From the NCBI GenBank assembly GCA_963699755.1, contig CAVOVB010000005.1, positions 64,001 through 128,000 of the forward strand: 64,000 bases of DNA, read 5' to 3'. Position 1 is the stretch's first letter; every line of letters begins with the position of its first letter. A model generated the notes under the pieces. The model was not told the origin of the DNA, ran no database searches, and saw only the letters and a list, made by a program, of their open reading frames with translations. This DNA is from an uncultured delta proteobacterium. GTDB lineage: Bacteria > Myxococcota_A > Polyangia > Polyangiales > Houyiibacteriaceae. Position numbers and translations under genes: made by a program. Below, one piece after another: positions 57,805-64,000 of the stretch.

Positions 57805-58745
57805 TGCGTGTTTGGCGGCTGCAGCTTGTGGTGTTTGGGGTCGCGCTGATGGCGGCGGCGCAGGCATCGGCGCAGGCGTCGGAGTCAGCGCTAGAGGCAG
57901 TGCCAGCGTCAGAGGTAGTGCCGGCGGAAGCGTCAGAGACAGCGTCAGAGACAGCGCCAGCGAGATTGGGTCCGGAGCCGAGGGTGCTCGTGACGCCCGT
58001 GCAAGGCAGTCCGTCGCTTCGCGCGCAGCTTGGCGCTCGCATGGCCGCTGCGGTTCGGCGCGGGCTCGAGGCGCGTGGATATCGAGCGCCGGCTTCGCAG
58101 CACCTCCTCGGTCAAGCATTGATCGCTTGTCAGACTCCGGAATGCGTCGAGCTGGCGCTCGATGCGGCGCAGGTGGTGTTTGCCATCGTGCCGGCGATTT
58201 GGTCCCGGGACAGTGGCGGCGAGGAGCTCACGCTGACACTGGTCCAGAGGTCGGGGCGGAGCCTGAACGCGAGCGGGATGGTTGGGGAAGATCTCGCTGG
58301 GACGACCGACGGCTTGGTGGCGGAGTTGCTGGAGCGAAGGGCGGAGACAGGGGCAGCCTCAGGGGCGGCTTCAGGAGCAGCTTCAGGAGCAGCTTCAGGG
58401 GCAGGGGCGGCTTCAGCGTCGGGGTCGGAGATGGGGGCGTCGGAGGGAGCGAGGGGGCGGGGGCGTCCTCATGCTTGGAAGGCTGGGCCGATCATCTTGA
58501 TTGCGGGCGGGGTGGCAGCCGTTGTGGCGATCGGGGTTGGAGCGGGGACCCTGAACGACGATCAGCAGCTCAATAACTCGGCAGTCGCCGCCTGGGCGGC
58601 CGTGGGTGCCGCGGCAATCGGCGGAGGGGCCGCCTGGTGGGTCGTGGGGGGGCGGCGGCACCGAAACACGGGCGCCTCCAGGGCTGTTCTAAGCCCCGAG
58701 CTCGCTGTTCACCCCATGAAGATTGACTTGACGCTCCGGTTTTGA
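57804..58745 (+). CDS. Secreted hypothetical protein with C-terminal TM pair
   Basis: TGATG coupling, signal peptide, ACQTPECV, 12-bp GAAS repeats. Confidence 0.7.
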   Translation: MRVWRLQLVVFGVALMAAAQASAQASESALEAVPASEVVPAEASETASETAPARLGPEPRVLVTPVQGSPSLRAQLGARMAAAVRRGLEARGYRAPASQHLLGQALIACQTPECVELALDAAQVVFAIVPAIWSRDSGGEELTLTLVQRSGRSLNASGMVGEDLAGTTDGLVAELLERRAETGAASGAASGAASGAASGAGAASASGSEMGASEGARGRGRPHAWKAGPIILIAGGVAAVVAIGVGAGTLNDDQQLNNSAVAAWAAVGAAAIGGGAAWWVVGGRRHRNTGASRAVLSPELAVHPMKIDLTLRF

Positions 58746-58759
58746 AAAAGGAGAGAGAG

Positions 58760-59725
58760 ATGATGCGATTCTCTTTCTTTCTTTTGCTTGTCACACTGGC
58801 CGCCGGCTGCATCGTCGAGGACAAGCCCCTGGCCCAGCCGGACGACGGCGGCGTCGACGCTGGCGAGCTCTGCGGCGCCGTCGTCTGCCCGGGAGACCAT
58901 CCCCTCTGCAACGACGAGCTCCAGTGCGTGCAGTGCACCGCGAGCGAAGATGCCTACTGCACCGAACGAAGCCTCGTCTGCGACGTCGAGTCGTCGACCT
59001 GCACGGAGTGCACCGACGACCGGGACTGCACCAGCCCAGCTGCGGCCCGCTGTGACGACGGCACGTGCGCGCCCTGCACCGACAACGATCAGTGCGACGG
59101 AGTGGAAGGTCTCGACCAAACCAAGAACGCCTGCGACGACGAGGGCGTCTGCGTGGACTGTACGCCGGAAACCGAAGAAGACACCTGCCCGGACATGAGG
59201 ACCTGCCATCCCATAGACAAGGTATGCACCGAAATCAATATCGGCGCGCTCGACGTCTGCGAAGAGTGCGTCTCGGACAGCCAGTGCGGCGAGGATGGAG
59301 CAGCGTCGGACGCGCACCGCTGTGTGCCGATGTACTACGAAACGGTGGATAATCGGTTTCCGAATGATCAGGCAGGGTTCTGTTTGAAGGTGTTCTCCAT
59401 GGGTGGATGTGAACAACCATACGCAATCGAAACTCCCGACAGGGAGAGCTTGTCCGGTGAACCACCTGACACCTACTGCGGGATCAATGAGACACTAGCA
59501 ACGTGTCCGGCGGTCCGCGCCCTCAAACAAAACGTAGATTGCCCTCAAGGCGACGATAGCGGTTGTCCGGAGAGTGGTCTGTGTAGAGATGTTGGAGGGC
59601 TTTCGGATACCTGCACCTACCGCTGCGCGAGCATTTTCGAGTGCCTGGAGAATATCCCCGATGGTACCCCCGGCTCCAGCTGCGGCTCATCCGGCTCCGG
59701 CAACGACGACTACTGCGGCGGTTGA
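58760..59725 (+). CDS. Cys-rich lipoprotein
   Basis: AAGGAG RBS; lipobox AAGC; repeated CVxC..C..C units. Confidence 0.8.
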   Translation: MMRFSFFLLLVTLAAGCIVEDKPLAQPDDGGVDAGELCGAVVCPGDHPLCNDELQCVQCTASEDAYCTERSLVCDVESSTCTECTDDRDCTSPAAARCDDGTCAPCTDNDQCDGVEGLDQTKNACDDEGVCVDCTPETEEDTCPDMRTCHPIDKVCTEINIGALDVCEECVSDSQCGEDGAASDAHRCVPMYYETVDNRFPNDQAGFCLKVFSMGGCEQPYAIETPDRESLSGEPPDTYCGINETLATCPAVRALKQNVDCPQGDDSGCPESGLCRDVGGLSDTCTYRCASIFECLENIPDGTPGSSCGSSGSGNDDYCGG

Positions 59726-59867
59726 GCGTCTGCCGTTTTCCACCGAGAGGTCGAGCGAGGCACCGTCCACCGGCCCGAGGCTGACGCGAATCTCGCCGTC
59801 CAAGGCCGAGTGCCCCACCGCTGACTCCGGAGATTCGGGGGCCCCAACCCACCTGATGGGAGTCGGG

Positions 59868-61205
59868 TTAGGCCACCGGCAACCGAATTTCGAAGCAGGC
59901 TCCTGAGCCGTCTTCGCGATTGCGGGCCTCGATCGTGCCGCCGTGCGATTCCGCGATCGCCTTGGCGACGAAGAGCCCGAGGCCCGTGTTCTGACTGCCA
60001 GCCCGTTGCTTCCCGACCGTCACGAACGCGTCGAAAAGCCCCTCCATCTGCGCGGGGAGCAGGTCGCCGGCGTTCTCGACGAGGATCGAGGCGTGCCCGG
60101 GTTGGCGGCTCAGGGTGAGTCGAATCTCTCCCTCAGGCGCGCCGTGCTCGACGGCGTTCTCAAGCAGTTTGTCGAGGAGCTGCGCAAGCCGATCTTCGTT
60201 ACCGTCGACTAGGACTCCTGGCTCGACATCAGCGTGGAAGCGCCGCGTCACATGTACTTGCCGGAACGAGGCAACTCGCTCGCTCACCAGCTCAGTCAAC
60301 TCTACCGGCCCGCGTTCTTCGGTGGCCATCGCGGCTTCCAGACTCGTGGCCTCGGTTGCAGATTCGACTAGGCGACGCATTCGACCAAGGCTCCGCTGAG
60401 CGCGACTGACATAGCGTTCCGCCGTCGTGTCGAGGCTCGTCTGGTTGGTGAGCTCGAGCGACGTGCCAATGGCGATCACTTGGTTCTTGAGCTCGTGGCG
60501 CAGAAAACGCGCGAGGTTTTCGAGCCAAGTCAGCCGTTCGTGACGCAGGTCGGTCACCCGGCTCAGAAGGCCTTCACTCCGTTGCTTCTCTTCTTCGAGA
60601 CGAATGCGCTGATCGAACATCTGACGGGCTCCTTGATACTTCACGGCCGTGAACACGGTGCAGAACGCGGCACAGGTCACGAGGTAGCCCTGCGCCGCGA
60701 ACGTGTCGTATCCGCCATCCGCCACGCGCGAGAGCGCTATCTGGCCAATGGCGACCAGCTGGAGGCTCATCGCCAGTCCCCACTTCCAGCTCCACACCAG
60801 GATCCCGAGCGAGCCCAGCTGCGCGATGAGCAAAACGACCGTGTGGCTCAGCAAATCCTCGGGCGTGTACGGAATCATCGCCGCTGACTGGGCGCCCCAG
60901 CCGATGAACCAGGCCCACAGCGCGAAAAACTTGGCGCCTGGCCGTTGTAGCTTTGATGCGGCAATCGCCCAAGTGACGGCCCACGCGATCGCGGCGATAC
61001 GAAACCAGGTGAAACGCACCGCGTGCTCCGGGAAGTACTCGAAGTCTCCGGGGACCCAGGCGAGAAGAAGCACCGCGCAAATCATCGTCACCACGCCCAC
61101 AGCGCGCACACTCAGCTCAGCGGACTCAGCGTGAAAGCGCTCCCAAACGGCGGGGCTCCACTGAAGACGCTCTGGTTCGGTCCCTTCGTGCTGTAAGCGA
61201 AGCAT
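59868..61205 (-). CDS. Membrane sensor histidine kinase (paralog 1)
   Basis: Six TM segments; RFLRHELKNQ, LLENAVEH, GLGLFVA..HGG. Confidence 0.88.
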   Translation of the reverse strand: MLRLQHEGTEPERLQWSPAVWERFHAESAELSVRAVGVVTMICAVLLLAWVPGDFEYFPEHAVRFTWFRIAAIAWAVTWAIAASKLQRPGAKFFALWAWFIGWGAQSAAMIPYTPEDLLSHTVVLLIAQLGSLGILVWSWKWGLAMSLQLVAIGQIALSRVADGGYDTFAAQGYLVTCAAFCTVFTAVKYQGARQMFDQRIRLEEEKQRSEGLLSRVTDLRHERLTWLENLARFLRHELKNQVIAIGTSLELTNQTSLDTTAERYVSRAQRSLGRMRRLVESATEATSLEAAMATEERGPVELTELVSERVASFRQVHVTRRFHADVEPGVLVDGNEDRLAQLLDKLLENAVEHGAPEGEIRLTLSRQPGHASILVENAGDLLPAQMEGLFDAFVTVGKQRAGSQNTGLGLFVAKAIAESHGGTIEARNREDGSGACFEIRLPVA

Positions 61206-61234
61206 GGCGACGCGCCATCATACACAAGATCGAT

Positions 61235-62641
61235 TTATTCAGCAGTGTCGGTTTTCGGCTCTTTGAGTAAGGCGGCGGTCGAGTCGGCCGCCGGGAGCCA
61301 CTCGTCACCTGAAGATTGAACGTTTCGCTCGCGAGCCTCCGGCAGGCGCACCACGAATCGCGCGCCCGTCACGTCGGGAAGCGCTTCAGCCGTGATCAAG
61401 CCGCCATGATTCCGAGCTATCGACTGCGCAACGAACAAACCAAGACCCAGGTTCTCGGGCCTACTCTGAGACGATACGAACGCTTCGAAGATTCGTTGCC
61501 TGTCTTCGGGCAGCGCATCGCCTTCATTTTCCACGCTGAGCTCGAAGCACTGATCGTCCGAGCGCCGGAGCGCCACGCGGATCTCGGCTTCGGGATTCGA
61601 GTGCTCGACCGCGTTGTTCAATAGCTTGTCGAGTAGCTGGGCGAGGCGCTCCTCATTGCCCTGAACGAACAGCCCGGGCTTGAGCTCAAGCGTGAGTTGC
61701 TTCGACGGGTGGAGCTGCTGGAACGTCAGTACTCTGTCGGCTACCAAGGCGCTGAGATCCACCCGCGCCACCTCGTCGACAGCCAATGCTGCCTCGAGGC
61801 TCGTCGCCTCCGTTGCAGACGACACCAGCCCGCGCATGCGATGGAGGCTTCGCTGTGCTCGGTCGAGGTAGATCCGATTGGCGTCGAGCGAGTCTCCACT
61901 TTGCGCGAGGTCGATCGACGTGCTCATCGCCACCATCTGATTCTTGAGCTCGTGGCGCAGAAAGCGAGCGAGGTTTTCAAGCCAGTTCAGGCGCTCCTGG
62001 CGCATGCTGGTGATATCCTGCAGCAAGCCCTGGGTGAGCGCCTTCTCTCGTTCCAAGCGCTCTTGCGCTTGAAACGTCTCGTACGCGCTGCGTTCTACCT
62101 GGACGCTATGGAGCACGGCGAAGCCAACCCCCGCCACTAGGAAAATGGCGTGGCTTCGGACCAGGAAACTCGGTTCCCCGTGAAGCATCATGAGGGCGAT
62201 GGTGCCGACCGTTGCGATCGCGCCCGCTCCGGCTGTGGCCCAACCATCTGCGGAAAAGAGTACCGAGGATGCGGTAATGCAAATGAGCACACCCGCGATG
62301 CCGATCGCGAAACCCTGTGGCACCAACGAGAGAATCACGGCAACGCTGAGCCCAACCGAACCGATCAGCCCTAGGACGCACCAGTTGTACCATCTCCTGA
62401 AGCTCGCAAGGCCGCTCGCCAGAAACAGCAGCATGCCCAACCCGAGAAATACCAATCGTATCCCGAGAATGTTCCCTAGGCTCATCGGTGCAACGATCAC
62501 ATCCCAGCAAACGAACGCCATGTATACGAACGCCGCGACCAATATGTTTCGCCGGAACAGCTTGGCCTGCGTGTCCTGGTAGAGGTCGCGGAATCGGGCC
62601 ATGTCGCCTGCGGTCGAGCTTGCTGTTTGAAGGAAGTTCAT
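61235..62641 (-). CDS. Membrane sensor histidine kinase (paralog 2)
   Basis: Six TM segments; RFLRHELKNQ, LLNNAVEH, LGLGLFVA..HGG. Confidence 0.88.
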   Translation of the reverse strand: MNFLQTASSTAGDMARFRDLYQDTQAKLFRRNILVAAFVYMAFVCWDVIVAPMSLGNILGIRLVFLGLGMLLFLASGLASFRRWYNWCVLGLIGSVGLSVAVILSLVPQGFAIGIAGVLICITASSVLFSADGWATAGAGAIATVGTIALMMLHGEPSFLVRSHAIFLVAGVGFAVLHSVQVERSAYETFQAQERLEREKALTQGLLQDITSMRQERLNWLENLARFLRHELKNQMVAMSTSIDLAQSGDSLDANRIYLDRAQRSLHRMRGLVSSATEATSLEAALAVDEVARVDLSALVADRVLTFQQLHPSKQLTLELKPGLFVQGNEERLAQLLDKLLNNAVEHSNPEAEIRVALRRSDDQCFELSVENEGDALPEDRQRIFEAFVSSQSRPENLGLGLFVAQSIARNHGGLITAEALPDVTGARFVVRLPEARERNVQSSGDEWLPAADSTAALLKEPKTDTAE

Positions 62642-62642
62642 C

Positions 62643-63035
62643 TTACGTCACCTCTCTGGGCAAGCGTACCTCGAAGCGAGATCCGGGAGACTCGCGAATC
62701 TGGAGACTCGTCGCCTCCGTGGGGCTCTGTACCAAGCAGTTCATTCGGGCGAGGCTACGCCGCGCACGATCCAAGTATCGGTCTGGTGGCGCAGCAAGAG
62801 GGCTACGTTCCAGCAGGTCTAGCGAAGTGCCCATCACCGCAACTTGGTTCTTCAGCTCGTGACGCAGGAACCTCGCCAAGCTCTTGAGCCAATTCTGGCG
62901 CTCGTGACGCACGACCGCGACGCGATCCAGGAGCTCACGGATTCGCGTCTTTTCCTCCTCGAGCTGGAAGCGCCTTTGGAAGTCTGCCCGCACCATCTGC
63001 AGGTGTAGTTCCTGCGACACTAAGAGGATGCCCAT
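62643..63035 (-). pseudogene. Histidine kinase paralog 3, 5'-truncated and internally deleted
   Basis: H-box RFLRHELKNQ..TEATSL joined directly to C-terminal GSRFEVRLP; HATPase core missing. Confidence 0.75.
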
Positions 63036-63250
63036 TGTGCCAACAAGAAAGCATCGATACTAGGACGTTTCCTCAGAAACGGTTAGAGGGCCACCGTGGG
63101 CCCGAGCGACAACGCGCGAACCAACTGAACCCAAGAGAAACGCTCACTGATCTTCCGTACTGCTTGCCAGCGGCCACCCTGCTGAGGCAAGATAGGTCCG
63201 CCCGTCGACAGTCCAGGCTGAGGAAGGACGGAAGGACACAGCATCTTCCC

Positions 63251-64000
63251 ATGGTAGGCTCAGCAACACGCCAGGACATAGAGTTCCACTACGACGTGGG
63301 CGATGACTTCTATCGGCTATGGTTGGATGCGGGGATGAACTACTCGGCGGCCCTTTGGAAGGGGGTTGACGATTTGGAGTCCGCGCAGAACCAGAAGAAC
63401 GCGTTTCACCTCGACGTCGTGAACGCTAGATCCGCTCAACGAATCCTGGACGTAGGTTGCGGGTGGGGAGCGTTGTTAGAGAGGGCACGCGCCCTGTCTC
63501 CGTGTGCGGAACTAGTTGGGCTCACGCTGAGTTCCACTCAGAGCGAGCACTGTAGCGCGTCACTGCCTGATGCGCAGATTCGACTGGAGAGTTGGGAGAA
63601 CCACTCACCGACAGCTCCTTACGACGCTATAGTCAGTGTCGGCGCCCTCGAGCACTTCGTGAATCATCGCATGACGAGGAAGGAACGCATAGAGACGTAC
63701 GCCTCGTTCTTTCGCTTCTGCCGCAACTCGATGTCACCGAACGGTAGAATGAGCCTGCAAACCATCGGCTATGGCAATCTTCCCGGGGGCAAGCTTGATG
63801 CATTCATTTACGACAGCATCTTTCCCAATAGTGATTTGCCCTTCCTCGATGAGCTAGTGGCCGCCACGCATGGAACTCTCGAAATTACAAGTGTGCGCAA
63901 CGACCGCCTTGACTACGCAAGAACTTGCAGCGCCTGGGTTGAACGTCTAACCCACCGCGCCGAAGAAGCTGTCGCAGTGACTGGCAACGCCGAGCTCGTT
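63251..64000 (+). CDS. cfa: Cyclopropane-fatty-acyl-phospholipid synthase family methyltransferase (runs off the window)
   Basis: HYDVGDDFYRLWLDAGMNYS, ILDVGCGWG, GLTLS..Q, VSVGALEH, FIYDSIFP. Confidence 0.85.
   Translation, partial: MVGSATRQDIEFHYDVGDDFYRLWLDAGMNYSAALWKGVDDLESAQNQKNAFHLDVVNARSAQRILDVGCGWGALLERARALSPCAELVGLTLSSTQSEHCSASLPDAQIRLESWENHSPTAPYDAIVSVGALEHFVNHRMTRKERIETYASFFRFCRNSMSPNGRMSLQTIGYGNLPGGKLDAFIYDSIFPNSDLPFLDELVAATHGTLEITSVRNDRLDYARTCSAWVERLTHRAEEAVAVTGNAELV

Overview
GC-rich bacterial DNA. The gene content (Gly-linker and Cys-rich lipoproteins, PEGA/MopE-type surface proteins, Ser/Thr kinase, sigma54 promoters) suggests a Myxococcota/Polyangia-like organism; this is inference, not a database result. 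1-16.9 kb is a decaying accessory region: surface/lipoprotein cargo, gene fragments, a relic 3' half of tRNA-Leu, a 104-bp dispersed repeat, and a pseudogenised integrative-mobilisable element (TraI-like relaxase, excisionase, tyrosine integrase). The most striking feature is ~16.87-17.93 kb, an ORF-poor ~1.05-kb stretch on the minus strand. It is densely packed with GNRA/UUCG-capped hairpins and G-U wobble helices, carries two rRNA-type boxA-like motifs, has DnaA-box-like motifs upstream and an intrinsic terminator at its 3' end. It is a candidate novel large structured ncRNA locus, with the integrase docked at its 3' end. 18-44 kb is mostly intact core-like genes: L,D-transpeptidase, sigma-like/kinase fusion, Rv1683-like lipase/acyl-CoA synthetase, ligA, hybrid kinase, thpR, steroid 5-alpha-reductase-like and others. 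44-52 kb holds a RES-Xre TA pair, a divergent sulfonate-lyase-clade glycyl radical enzyme with its activase and an AraC regulator, and a two-gene islet flanked by a duplicated araC 3' end. 53-64 kb holds a PdsR-like regulator, a secreted-protein operon, three tandem paralogous histidine kinases (one decayed) and a partial cyclopropane fatty acid synthase.
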